A stretch of 63,503 nucleotides of DNA, the filler included, from Conidiobolus incongruus B7586 (lineage: Eukaryota): the NCBI GenBank assembly GCA_000697335.1. It is 11 parts of 11 records of this genome, joined end to end, with 100 filler letters (N's around TTAATTAATTAA, not from the genome) between each part and the next. Parts side by side here need not be neighbours in the genome. Positions count along the whole stretch, not along the records: positions 14,098 to 20,394 come from JNEM01006639.1; positions 20,495 to 22,336 come from JNEM01006640.1; positions 22,437 to 26,804 come from JNEM01006641.1; 8 more parts are not named here. One strand, 5' to 3'. Position numbers and translations under genes: made by a program. Positions 14,290 to 26,904 of this stretch are shown in pieces. How positions within the stretch are numbered: position 1 is the first letter of the stretch; every line of letters begins with the position of its first letter. The notes beneath the pieces are model-generated. The model saw only the letters and a program-made list of their open reading frames with translations. It did not search any database and was not told where the DNA came from.

Positions 14290-14600
14290 TTTTATTATAT
14301 AAAAAGCAATCCTAAAAAAATTTAACTATTTGCTTTTAATTCAGAAATTATCATAAATTAATAAATCTTTCCAAAGGATTGTTAATAGAAAGACTTAATA
14401 GAAATACTAATCAATATATATATAGGTAGATATACCTGGATATTATATAATACTAATATAGGATCACAATTATAATTTGATAAGAATAATATAAGGATTA
14501 AATAAATAACTATAATTCAATTTCCACATTATACAATTAGAATATATATTCATTGTTATTTTGAATTATGTCAATATAAATTTGATAATTAAACATTGAA
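14290..14600 (+). mobile_element. Old retroelement integrase-core relic
   Basis: Fragmentary translation KGLLIERLNRN (cf. NGxxERxNRT) and a downstream YNS..PH.T-like segment; frames are broken. Confidence 0.35.
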
Positions 14601-17312
14601 ATATTAATAATTGAATTTTTAAGTTCCAAAAATGTTTTGATAAAATAACTTGAAAAATATAAATATTACCCAATTTTTTGATTTAAAATCAGGAATTTAA
14701 TTACAATATATATTATTTGAATCATTAAAAAAATTTATTTAAAATTATGTAGGTAGAAAATTCAATTACCTTTAAATTCATTGGTCAAAAATTCGCATTA
14801 TCAGATTTATTGAACAATGGTAATTCTTATAAATATAATATAAAACATTGTTAATGAAATAAAATAATTTATATTATTAATATATTTATAAATTAAAACT
14901 ATTATAGGCTTGATTATGTAAAATAGAATAATTTTTTAATATTAGTGTAATATTTACAAAGTATTTGAATTTTTTAGATTATTAAAAAAATATTTTATGA
15001 AACATCTTATATAGAAAATGAAAAATAATTAGATATTAACTTTATTTAAACTAATTAATTATATCACTATTCATCCGATAAGTGTTATACATCTATAAAA
15101 TTTGTGGTGCAAAAAGTTGTACTAATATTGATTTGGTAAAGTGGTTTCTAATTCTTGGATTGAGATCATTATGAGTATATTAATTCTAATCTCTAAATTA
15201 ACAGTTCAATCATATTGAGAATAAAAAATTTCTTATAATTTCATTGGAATATACTAATCATATGAGTAATAAAGGTGCAGCAGAAATGTTAAATACCTGA
15301 TATTTTAATTTCTCGCGTTATTATATATTTTCCCTATAATTTTAATTTATAGATAAGTTATTTCCACTTGAACAATAAAAAATTTTTATATTGAAAAAAT
15401 TTTTTGAGTACTGTTTTGTAAATAATATTCAAGAAAATATACAAAAATATTTATAATAACTAATTAATTAATTATTATAAATATTTTATCAGGGTTAGGA
15501 AATATTAATTATTATTACTTTTCACATAACTCATTATATTAAAGTGTAAAATGATATATCTATTTACAAAGTAATATGGTCATATTGAACAATAAATACG
15601 CCAAATATATTAATATTTCGAAAATTGTATAAATCAAAATAAATTATCACATATAATAAGTCTTAAGTATTTTCAATGTATTAAAAGAGATTTAGTATAA
15701 TTAAAAAAATGATGATAAATATTGATATTAATTAGCTAAAAATTAAGTGTTGATAAAATAAATATGGACCAATGATCAGGTATGATTAAATCTTTGTTAA
15801 TTGATCACCAGATTATCATGAATAAATTTAATTAAATATTTCACTCTCATATAAATATGAGAAAATATTTAATTGATACTAGTAATAACTGTATAAAGAT
15901 ATTATAATTTAGATTTGCCTTATCAAATGGTGTGTTTATGAAACTTGATTGACTTGATACTATTCAATTTTAATATCACTTGTTTTTGTTTTTATTTCAT
16001 TGTTAAATTTCAATATCTCAAACCTCCTGAAATCGTCTATTGATACTCTTTGATTTTATATTGTGTTATAGGAGAGTATTTTAACTCAGTTGAGAATCTT
16101 TAATGCTCCTGCAAAAGGAGCATATATATATATATATATATTTAATATATATTAAAGTAGCTAAATATTTATTTACATCCATAATGTTTTTACAATGAAC
16201 AGGGATCAATAGATAAGAATGTTGTCATTCATAATGAATACATATTAATTTGTAAATTTAATATTTTTAATAAAATATAATATATTTTAATTAAAATAAA
16301 AATTATTAATAAAATTTTACTTTAAAATTTGAATAACTTTTTGACATATTTTATACTTAATAATAAATATGTAAAACATTATAATAATTATTATTAATAT
16401 ATTACATTGAATTTACAATTATAAAATTGTATTTAAAAATACTAGTGAATATTTAATCTTCAAATAATAGTTTGGATTAATTAAATCTATTAAATTTAAT
16501 TTTATCATTTAAATTATAAAGAAAAAATCATTAATTACATCATATAGATATTTTAAAAAAATTTTCGGCAATAAAATATTAATAATTCAATATTAAATCT
16601 TAATAAATTTTTTAAAATAATTTTATTAAATTTTTTAAATTTTATATAATAAGATATATACTAAATTAATATATAAATTATAATAAGAAATATTTTATAT
16701 TAATAATATTTTAATAATATAATGATTAAATTGTATTATATAATGTATTTTGAAGTTTTTATTATTTCATAAATATGTAAATATTTTTCTAAATATGATA
16801 TTTAGAATATTTTATGGTGATATTCATTTAATGTAAGAGTATCATGAATTTCAGGTTAAATGTTAAATTTCTCATCACCTCACAATATTTGAGAATTCTT
16901 TCGAGTTTAATGTCAAATATGTGGTGATTTAAGTGCAAAATCAAGTCTAATAATCAGTTGCAGAGATTTTCATGATAAGCTAAATTTGCTCCAACATTGT
17001 AATGCGTATTCTATGAATGAAAATTGGGAGAAATTTGTTGTATTGTGTAGCACAAATTCCTCAATAATGTGATTCAAAATGAAGTGGTAAATTAGTAGGG
17101 AGTGACATAGGATCAGGTATGTAAGAAGAGCCAAAATCACTCCATTACCAAATTTTGATTGGCCCGCAAAAATTTAATATTACCCATTTAATTCTTTTAT
17201 CAGGAGACCTCATAAAAACTGTCTAATTTTATCCAAGTTCCACTAAATCACCTAATTCGACTGTCAATAAACTATCAGTATTCAATAATCTAAAATAGGC
17301 ATTAATTATTTT

Positions 17313-17320
17313 GTATATAA
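17313..17320 (+). promoter_or_regulatory. Putative TATA box of the AA11 gene
   Basis: GTATATAA about 100 nt upstream of ATG 17421; weak evidence in an AT-rich background. Confidence 0.35.
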
Positions 17321-17420
17321 GCATGTATCCAGGACAAATCCTAAACAATATCAAATTAAACTCTGTGAGTTTCGTCGCCTATTCCTAATTTCGATTTACC
17401 CTCTCATAAGAATAATCACC

Positions 17421-18431
17421 ATGAAAACTATTAGCAAGTTGATCTCTGCTATTGCCCTTATTGCTAGCGTTTCCTGCCATATGGAGTTGGAATCGCCCGC
17501 TCCTCGCAGATCTCGCTTCAATCAAGCTTATGTCTCTAGACAAGATGTTGATTACGATATGACCGCCCCATTGGGTAAATCTGATGCCTTTACTTACCAA
17601 TTCCCCTGCCGTGGCGATGCTCCTGGTCCCGTTGTTAAGAAAGTAAAAGCAGGTGAAACTATCCCCTACAGACTTGGAGGAGGTGCTCCTCATAATGGTG
17701 GCCATTGTGAAATTTCCATCAGTTACAACAACAAAGATTTTGTTGCCATTCAAACTATTATTGGTACTTGTATGGTTGACGGTGCTCGTGATTACCAAGT
17801 TACCATCCCCGCAAATGCTCCTTCCGGTAAGGCTACATTTGCTTGGTCTTGGATCAACAAGACTGGTAACCGTGAGTACTACATGAATTGTGCCGATATT
17901 GAAATTGAAGGTTCTGCTGATGGTCAAATCACTGGCCCTAGAATGTTTGTTGGTAACTTGCCTGGCTATCCTGTTATTCCTGAATTCTCTGATAACGAAA
18001 CTGGTTCAGAACATTACAAGAATCGTGAAATTATTTCTATCAATGCTTCTGGAAGTTACCCTCATCAACCAGTTCCTCCCAAGCCCGAGCCTACTAAACC
18101 TGAACAACCCCAACCTCAGCCTCAACCCACCCAACCCCAAGAACCTCAACCTCAACCTCAACCTACCTATCCCACTAAACCTACCCAATCTCCTGAGCCT
18201 CAACCCCAACCCCAACCTACTCAACCCACTTATCCTACTAAGCCTACTCAATCTCCCGAACCTATTCCTCAACCCACTTCCGAACCTCAACCTGGAAAAT
18301 GTGATCATGGCTATCAAAAGTGTACAGGCGATGGATTTCAAGTTTGTGTCTGGGGACGTTGGGAAAAGATTGTTTGTCCCGAAAATACTAAGTGCAAACG
18401 ATTTGATTCTTTCAATATCATTTGCGACTAA
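17421..18431 (+). CDS. Secreted AA11 lytic polysaccharide monooxygenase with Pro/Gln/Thr linker and C-terminal Cys-rich (CBM19-like) chitin-binding module, 336 aa
   Basis: Signal peptide MKTISKLISAIALIASVSC followed by His1 (HMELESP); second His in GAPHNGGHCEIS; AWSWINKTGNREYYMNCADI carries the axial Tyr and second-sphere Glu; tail CDHGYQKCTGDGFQVCVWGRWEKIVCPENTKC. Confidence 0.92.
   Translation: MKTISKLISAIALIASVSCHMELESPAPRRSRFNQAYVSRQDVDYDMTAPLGKSDAFTYQFPCRGDAPGPVVKKVKAGETIPYRLGGGAPHNGGHCEISISYNNKDFVAIQTIIGTCMVDGARDYQVTIPANAPSGKATFAWSWINKTGNREYYMNCADIEIEGSADGQITGPRMFVGNLPGYPVIPEFSDNETGSEHYKNREIISINASGSYPHQPVPPKPEPTKPEQPQPQPQPTQPQEPQPQPQPTYPTKPTQSPEPQPQPQPTQPTYPTKPTQSPEPIPQPTSEPQPGKCDHGYQKCTGDGFQVCVWGRWEKIVCPENTKCKRFDSFNIICD
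18070..18292 (+). repeat. Coding tandem repeats of the LPMO linker (PQ runs; QPTYPTKPTQSPEP twice)
   Basis: caacct/caaccc iterations and two ~42-nt units at about 18159-18200 and 18222-18263. Confidence 0.85.
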
Positions 18432-19927
18432 TTTACCTTTTTTTTCATACATTGATATCATTCTCTGAGTTTTATCATTGTGAACCCTAAATTATTTAAT
18501 AAAAACATATATCATTCATGTCCATAATCTAATACTTCATTATTCATACTTTTTTTCCAATTTCAAAAGTTTCCACATTATAATTTTATTTAATTAAATA
18601 TATAAATTTATTAATTCTTTTTAGAGATTTAATTATTTATTATTATGAATAAATAGAAATTTATATAAAATAAATTATGAATATAATATTACTAAGAAAA
18701 AACTTTATTTTTAATATTTCTCTTTAAATAGCTAATTTTTATTAAATTTTATATAATATAATTATCAAATTTAAAATTTTAAATCTTATAATAATAACTG
18801 AATATTTATAAAATTATAATTTAAAAGTTTATATACTTTGAATTAATACTATCTTTTAATTTTCTTTCCCTATATTCTTAATTAATTGAGAAAAATGAAT
18901 TTGTGGAAAATATCATGTGAATTAAGTATTAAAACGTTTTTGATTTAATTAATTTTAATTTATTTAATATTATTAGTATTTTATTAAATTTAAAAATAAA
19001 TACTAATTACATCAAAATATAAAGAGGTAATATAAGAGTTATTAAATTTAGTATATTTAATCTATTGCTCCCTATTTTTCAGTTAATTTTTAATACGATG
19101 CTATTTTCTTTGAGATTTCTTATAATCCTTGCTGTCAGTCATACATAGAACATAATATTTCTATTTGAAGTATTGATAAAGCGGTACCCACTTTGTGTAC
19201 TGTCAGCTTGAGCTTATTTTGTAACAATGCATCCTACCACAAAGTTTTTATTTAACAGTAGTAATTATTGACACTTATAAGGATTATTCAAATTAATTTT
19301 TCAATACTAATTTATATATATTTTAATGCATAAATTTCTATTATATTTCTAATATGTAACTAATTTAAATATAGAATATAATTTACGTTAGCTAATTTAA
19401 TTGATTTATAATATTGATTTTGAATCCATAATACAATGTTTATTATTTTAATATTTAAACTAACGCTTTGTTATTTTATTATAGTTTAACTATTAATTAA
19501 ACAATTAGCACTTTTTTGAAAAAGGAAATACTAATTTTTTCTTAAAAAATATTAATGAAATTAGAGATTTTTATAAAGTGTCACATACTTAAAATATCTC
19601 AATTAAACAAAGTGCTGTAAATATCCTGTAAATTATTAACATAAGAAAAAGTATATTGGTTTAATAATGATAATTTAAACATAATAAAAGTGTATGTTAT
19701 TATAAATTAACATTTATTTTAGTACTTTAAACAATATATAATTTTAATTAAATTCCATTTGGAATTTTAATTTACGAGTATTAAAAATATTTATCTTGTA
19801 TCATATTTTCATATATAATGATAACATTAAATATTTTAATTTTTTCATAACAATTTTTTTAAAAATAAATTTTAGATTATGGAATTAGAAATTATTATTG
19901 AAATCAAAATTATCTAATCATTAATTA

Positions 19928-20394
19928 TTACCTTAGAATTAATAAAATAGGAAATTCATTAATTTCTAACTTTTTAAACTTTATTCAATTAAAAAATTTT
20001 AAATACAATAAATAAGAGAATATATAGTTTTAAATAATATATTTGTATATTTATATAATGATTTTTTAATATAATTATATTGAAATTAGGTATTGACCAT
20101 CAAAAGTCTTTTATTTTATTTTTACTGAAATTTAAATATAAACCTTTTAAAATTATATAAAATTTATAAGGAGTATATAAAATTAATATATTTTCTAAAT
20201 ACACTATTTATCATTATATAAAATTTTTTAAACTAAAAAGAAAATTATTTAAAATTTCCCAAAATCTAAAAAATAAATTTTTACTATTATATTTTTATTT
20301 TTTAATTATATAAAAAAATATATTTAAAAAAATATCTTTGTATTTTTTAAGGATTATCAAATCATTATAATATTAGTTATTTAATTATATTTAA
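19928..20394 (+). mobile_element. Degenerate mariner (DD34D family) 5' part, gap-truncated
   Basis: TA|ttaccttagaattaataaaataggaaatt terminus and ...gaccatcaaaagtcttttatttta... match the copy at 26479. Confidence 0.8.
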
Positions 20395-21296
20395 NNNNNN
20401 NNNNNNNNNNNNNNNNNNNNNNNNNNNNNNNNNNNNNNTTAATTAATTAANNNNNNNNNNNNNNNNNNNNNNNNNNNNNNNNNNNNNNNNNNNNCTTTAT
20501 TTATAATATAAAGTATAAATCCAATATAAGTTAAAAGTTAAATATTTATTTATTAATAGCAAATAAAGATATTTATTTTATCAATTTAAAAGTATAATAT
20601 ACATTATTAGCTTATATATATATATATTTTCATTTAAAATAATGAAATATTAAAATTTCTATTAAAAATTAAATTAGATATTTAAGTAATAAAATAAAAC
20701 ATAATTCAAATTATTAATATCTTAAAAATCATATTAAATTAAAAAATTTTCAGCTAGTTTTTAGTTATAAATTTTCTTATATTATTTTTTATAATTTTAT
20801 TAATTCATCAATTATTTACATCAAATTAAATTTGAAATTTTGAAATTGGATTATAGCTTAAGAAAGTCAAAGATATCAAAGAAAAGATTATACCATTTAT
20901 AATTATTAATGACACGGTTACCGAATTACTAGCCTTCACTGCTAATAATAGTGATTATATTTATATAAAATGAGATTAATATATATATTTTAACAATTCG
21001 AATTTTGATAATAATTTTAATATTTAGTTTGATCAATAAATTTAAAATATTTAAATATTATTTTCAAAAATAAAATAAGTGAATATTTGAATCATTAATA
21101 TTTATATTTCTTATTTTTAACAATAATGTTATTAATATGTTTAATCTTGTAACTTATCAATTATATATTAGTTTCGTAAAATGAAATCTTTTATATTTAT
21201 TGTCTTCAATTTAAAGCAACTACTACATAAAAATAACTTCAAAAAGTAATAAATGTTTTTCTTAAATTATAAAATGCACAATTTTTCAATATATAT

Positions 21297-21605
21297 TGTG
21301 ATTCTACCGATTGCTAGTAGAACATTGTTAATAGTGAAGAGAGTGACTTGCTCGTAGCTTGTTCAGTAGTTTGGGTTAAGGGTCTAATGGGCTTCGCAGA
21401 AGATCGGAAGTGATGATGAAAATGTATTCCGACAATGGTTCCTTTATACTCCATTTGTTGGTTGTAGATAGTGTAAAAAAGTATATCAGGTATTCAGAAA
21501 AAGGAGACCTTGAAGCGGTGTGATTCGTATTACAAGGCTATATCTCAATAAAGTAATAGATTATGAGATGAAATTGGTCGTTCGGGCTATTTTCTCAGTA
21601 CAGCA
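21297..21605. mobile_element. Putative solo LTR, family S, copy 1
   Basis: Starts TGTGATTCTACCGATT, is colinear over ~300 nt with 31845-32173 and ends near a CA; the right end and TSD are uncertain. Confidence 0.65.
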
Positions 21606-22224
21606 TTATTAAAATTTATGATGTAAAAAATTCATTGTTCGAATTTGAATGTTAGATTTATTTTAATATATTGTAGATAAAATTCCCATTATATTCAAAT
21701 TTAAGAAAATGCATATCACTCATAAAAATATTATTGTTAAAATTTTACAGTTTGTAATTTCAATATTAATAAGATATCAAAACTCCAATTATTATTTCTT
21801 TGTATTAAAATTTAAATTTGATATATATTTGAAGAATATTTCAAATTTTAGTATTTATAAATTGACTCTCAGAACAATTGAATAAAATTGGTGAGAGAAT
21901 ATATATATGTATATATAGTTTCCATGTATAATAACAGAGAATGAATTATCAACATTTAATATTACAACTGATGGAGAATAATCCTGTCAATTACTCAAGA
22001 AACTCCAATTACCGCAGGATTCGAGAAGTCACATTGGAGATATCACATCCCATGAACTAGTTGATCCTATTACTTTCCGCCCGTAAGTCATTCATGTCCA
22101 CAAAAATCAACAATGGAACCTAATATAAGATTATCATAAGCAAACTAATAAACATATCTTCTATCTTCATTTTCAAAAGTATAGTCTCTAAGTTTTTCTC
22201 GTAACCCTCACAAAAGTATTGAGT

Positions 22225-22818
22225 TGTGACGAGCGTGAGATATTTACTTTATTCGAAGAACCCGATTCGTAGCAAGTCATTTTCACCTACTTTGGTGAAC
22301 TCCAATAATTTCCCTTAATACCGTGGTAATTTATCGNNNNNNNNNNNNNNNNNNNNNNNNNNNNNNNNNNNNNNNNNNNNTTAATTAATTAANNNNNNNN
22401 NNNNNNNNNNNNNNNNNNNNNNNNNNNNNNNNNNNNGTGATCTTCGGCGAACGGGGGATGGGGGTATAGATTCTCCACCAAATTAACACGTCTTGAGAAA
22501 GCCGTGTCCGGAATAGTATAAGCAAAAGGGAGAGATCTAGGGAATTCCAGGTAAAGGTTAGGGAGATAGGGGGTTTATTGGTTTAAGCCAAATAGCTGGG
22601 AGGACCCAGATCGAACTCCTTCTCTGTAGTATAGCTCTGTTTCTGGGTTCTATATATAGTGCATAGAGTAGTAGGTTTCTGGAGTTTTCTGGAGGGTTGT
22701 ATCATTAGCTGATTAAAGGATAGGGTTGAAGTGGTTGGTCACATGAGGGGGGGAATGACCCTTATATTCAGTTGAAGTAAGCATATTACGTGGGAGGAGA
22801 GTCACCTGACTCGTGACA
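22225..22818. mobile_element. GC-rich LTR (solo, or element ends) spanning an assembly gap
   Basis: Termini TGTGACGAG ... CTCGTGACA form an 8/9 inverted repeat with TG..CA ends; internal TATATA; CpG retained; no matching TSD, and the gap intervenes. Confidence 0.65.
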
Positions 22819-23189
22819 ATATAATCCAAAAGTATAATAAATAGATATAGCTGATCTATATTAATTTTATTAGATCTTTTATTTAATTTTTATTAATATT
22901 ATAATTTTACTACATATAATTAATTTGGTATATATAGTTTATAACTAAAAAATAATAACAAAACGGTTAAAATATTATATATACTTTTCAAATACCAAAG
23001 TTTTGGTTTAAAAATTCCATTTATTATCAGTTAATTATATTAAAAATTATTTTTTTTAATATTTGGTGAATATAGAAATTTTCTTAATCAGCTATATTTA
23101 TATTAATAATCAATAAAATTAATATTCAATTATAAATAAAATTCAATTAAATTTTATTTTATTTTTACATAATAAAGGGTTATATACAA

Positions 23190-23480
23190 ATCACTAATTG
23201 CCAAAGCTTTGCTTATTACAAAGAACTAACCATTATTACCCGATCCACAATACTCACCAGATATGAATCCCCATGCTTACTTAGGTTTTGATTAAATAAA
23301 TTTAATTGAAAAAAATATAATAAAATTTCAAAATTGAATTTTAAAATTAATGATGTAATTTCAGAGAAGAATTGTAAAAAATTATATTAAAGAGATAAGT
23401 GATTACCATCACAATGAAATTATATAAACCAAAAAAAGAAAATATTAATTAATAAGTTAATGATAATATTCCTTATGATT
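23190..23480 (+). mobile_element. Relic of a second mariner family (transposase C-terminus; boundaries approximate)
   Basis: About 23230-23298 translates PLLPDPQYSPDMNPHAYLGFD*, matching the mariner LPHPPYSPDLxPxDY motif. Confidence 0.6.
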
Positions 23481-24297
23481 GATTCTTCAATTTAAATTTA
23501 AATATCAAACTATTGAAATTCTTTTTTCAAAATTTTAGTAAGTTTTAATTTTTTTATCAATCATAATATGATCATTGGACAAAATTAATATAAAATTTAT
23601 TCTCCTTTTCTAATTTCAACTATCAATTAATTAATTTTAATACTATTTTCAATGGTTGAAAATATTAATTTTACAGAAATTGATATTATAAATATGTATT
23701 TTATTTAACCAATCAAAATATCCATTTAATATCAAAAATTTTATTTACTATAGCAGGTGTTCTGGAAAGTAGCCTTGCAATAAGGATAAAGAAGATTCGA
23801 TAAAACGGGCCAAGGATGGCTAATGAGAAAATTTAAAAGGTTTTACTAAAATATCAGGATATAGGGCTTGGCCCTGATTGAGGTGATCCCCCGAGCAAAT
23901 GTGTGCTCAGTGAAGATTTTATAGTGATATCAGTCCTTGGCCAATGTGTTGAAACATCGCTGTGGTTGTTAACTGGAATTTTGCATTGTATAAGAATTGT
24001 GTAACGTACTTGTTTGTGGATTGTATTAGGAATAAAGGCCAATGGCTAAAGTTGGATGGCTAGCGAATCTCCCGACTCGCGTCAATAATTTCGGAATTTT
24101 CAAATCTAGTCATTTATTTAGGATCAGACTAGTATAACAAACTATCAAAGGTTGAGCTGTATCTTGATTGAAATTGCATTATAAACTTTTAAAGTAATGA
24201 AGAAATTGAAGATGTAAAGAAACTCGAGTATTTATAGCACTAACTAGTATATATATATATATTTAATTTGATTGAATTTTATGTTTTTTAAAAAAAT

Positions 24298-25707
24298 CTA
24301 TTTGGTGATTATTTCATCCGAATCAATAATCATATCTTATTCCCTCCACCAACTGGTCAGAATCGGCAAACGAATAGAATAATCTGATATAGTAAGAATA
24401 CAATTTTTTCAATTTTGCTTTTCATCCAATAGACGAGAGGTCAGCATCGAAGAAGTAACCTAGGATTGGTATGACCATTTTGGCAGTTAATTTGTCCAAG
24501 GTATCGCATAGTAGGATCTGTTCTCCGGGATTAATAGGTTGCAGACCAATATTTAATTTTAATCAACCGAGCATACTGGCTAATATGGGAGTATGTTCAA
24601 CCTTACCTTTCAAACACTCTTCTCTAAGTAATACGAATAAGTCTCTCCTACTTTTAAATTCCATACGAAATTACCCAAGGTGGTGAGCATATCCTTGATG
24701 CTTCTAATTGGTCAAAATTTCCGTCAAGGCAATTTGACTGAGGCCCAAGGGTTGCTAAACAGACACGTCGCTAAGGTATTCCATTTTGGATACGAGCCAT
24801 TAGAATCCCGTCATTCATGTAGTACCAAGTTCAGATTCTATAAGTTTAGTGAATGAATCCATTCCTATTATGCGATCGTTGGTATTTAAGCTCAATAAAG
24901 GTAGTAATATATCCACTGAAAATTCATTTTCGCTATATTATCCATTGGATTAATAGGGAGTGAGCTGAAGGAAATAATAGAGATTGACTTTGAGACTCAT
25001 GGGGTCTAAAGAGTGACATACCTTGTAAAATTTTTTTATTCTTTCAAGTCTCGTAAAAGCACCTGGCGGATTTTGATCCGTTAGTACAGTAAATAATAAC
25101 CTACATTTGGGACTATTAGGATTCTCCCTATATTATTTATTAACAATTTGGTCAATAGAACTAGGTATCAGTCTCTTTTCGTCAATATCTGCTACCAAAA
25201 ACGATACATCTTTTCCCTTAATAGTTTCTAGAGCAACAAGATATTCCCATTTAGCTACGATCATGGGATCACTCCAATTGTCCAAAAAATGACTAACTTA
25301 TAAAGTGTATTGGTTTTGCCAATTGTCTGCACGACATCTTGAGTGATATACTGCTCGTCATGTATCAGCTCATTATACCCTAACAAATTGAGTTAAATTT
25401 CACGATCCTTTACTAGTCGCATACCTCATTTCCCTATCCAACCTCAACACTACCTGACCATTTGGCACTTTATCAACTTTGGTATTTGTATTCTTTTCAC
25501 ATTTGAACATTTGCACTTAATTGTCATTTAATTAATTATAACAATTCATGATATGGAAGTTTGTGATCTATTAGAATATGCCAATCAGGAGAATATTGAA
25601 AAATTTGTTCCATTAATTATAATCTTAAGTTCGCCTTCATCGCTGAAATTGTAACAGAGGTCTTTTGAGATGGGTATTTCCAATGATATAGTCATTACTA
25701 TCGACAT
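24298..25707 (-). pseudogene. Pseudogene of Aro8-type aminotransferase (third paralogue)
   Basis: Minus-strand fragments IPISKDLCYNFSDEGELK, TVLTDQNPPGA, MDSFTKL, EYLSDVSV*QPLGLSQIAL, SRRDLFVLLREECLKGKV, YYIRLFYSFADSDQLVEG, with many stops and frameshifts; closest to the copy at 34007. Confidence 0.92.
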
Positions 25708-25932
25708 TTTATTCTTATATATTGATTTTTTTTGATTTTTTATAGATGTATTTTTACTCATAAATTAAAGAGTTATTAAACCTGAATTTTTTCAGAAAAA
25801 TTTTATAAATATAATACATAGATATGAGATGATATATTGAATGGATAGTATTTATCATATAGGTTAAGCTTATTATAATGATATTTTTTAAAATTCTAGA
25901 GCATTAATTATCATGATAATATATATTATATA

Positions 25933-26478
25933 CACTAGCTTGCAAAAGTAAGCTATAAAATTAAAAATATATTTTTATTTTTATCTTAATTTTTATTTAA
26001 ATAAAATTATATTAAACTATGTAATTAATATATATGTTTTATTTATTATATAATATATAAAGTTTAATTTAATCAATTATTATTTGATATATCAAAATGA
26101 AAAGTATATCAAAAGTAAGTTATAAATTTATAGGTTTTAGTGATAATAGAAAAATTAATACTTAATATATCTATCTTTTGTTTTTTTAACCTTTTTAAAT
26201 TTATAAGGTATAAAGTTAATTAATTTTCTATATTAAACAAAACTAATATTATTTTTACCTTCTTAAATATACTTTTAAAGTTAATTTAAATTTTGTATTA
26301 AAAAAAAACTTTAAATGAATTTTTTAATAAATTTCAAAAATAATTAATTAGGTTAATATCAAAATTAAAAAGGTTATTTTATAATAATTATTTTATTATT
26401 TTTAAATCTTCTAAATAATTCAAATTATAATATAGTAAAAAATAATATCTTATTAAAAAATAATATTTAATTTATTTA
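25933..26478 (-). mobile_element. Degenerate Tc1 (DD34E) 3' part, interrupted by a mariner
   Basis: TA|CACTAGCTTGCAAAAG terminus; the body is colinear with 37803-38355 and stops at a TA where the mariner begins. Confidence 0.8.
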
Positions 26479-26804
26479 TTACCATGGAATCGAAGAAATG
26501 GGAAATTTTTTAATTTCCGATTTTTCAAACATATTATTAGTTTCAAATAAGCAAATATATACAAAACAAATAGGAAAATAAATAGTTTTGAATTATATAT
26601 ATATATATATATAATAATTTTTTTGATTAAAAAATGAATTTTTTAAAATTAGTTGTTTAATTTAATCATGCTTAAACCAAATAGTGACCATCAAAAGTCT
26701 TTTATTTTAGTATCAGTAAAACTTAACCACAAACCCTCTAAAATCATTCAAAATTTACAAACAGCTTTTGGTAATGAAGCATTATCTAAATCAACAATTT
26801 ATTG
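26479..26804 (+). mobile_element. Little-mutated mariner 5' end with open transposase N-terminus (gap-truncated)
   Basis: ATG 26668: MLKPNSDHQKSFILVSVKLNHKPSKIIQNLQTAFGNEALSKSTIY, a Mos1/SETMAR-type HTH; CpGs retained in the terminus (aatcgaag, ttccga). Confidence 0.85.
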
Positions 26805-26904
26805 NNNNNNNNNNNNNNNNNNNNNNNNNNNNNNNNNNNNNNNNNNNNTTAATTAATTAANNNNNNNNNNNNNNNNNNNNNNNNNNNNNNNNNNNNNNNN
26901 NNNN

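Noticed and set aside
17385..18468. Alternative-frame ORFs over the LPMO (17385..17927, 17653..17886, 17890..18468, 18006..18461)
   Set aside because: By-products of the coding strand and its low-complexity Pro/Gln linker.
24471..25292. Plus-strand ORFs 24471..24686 and 25107..25292
   Set aside because: Antisense to the aminotransferase pseudogene.
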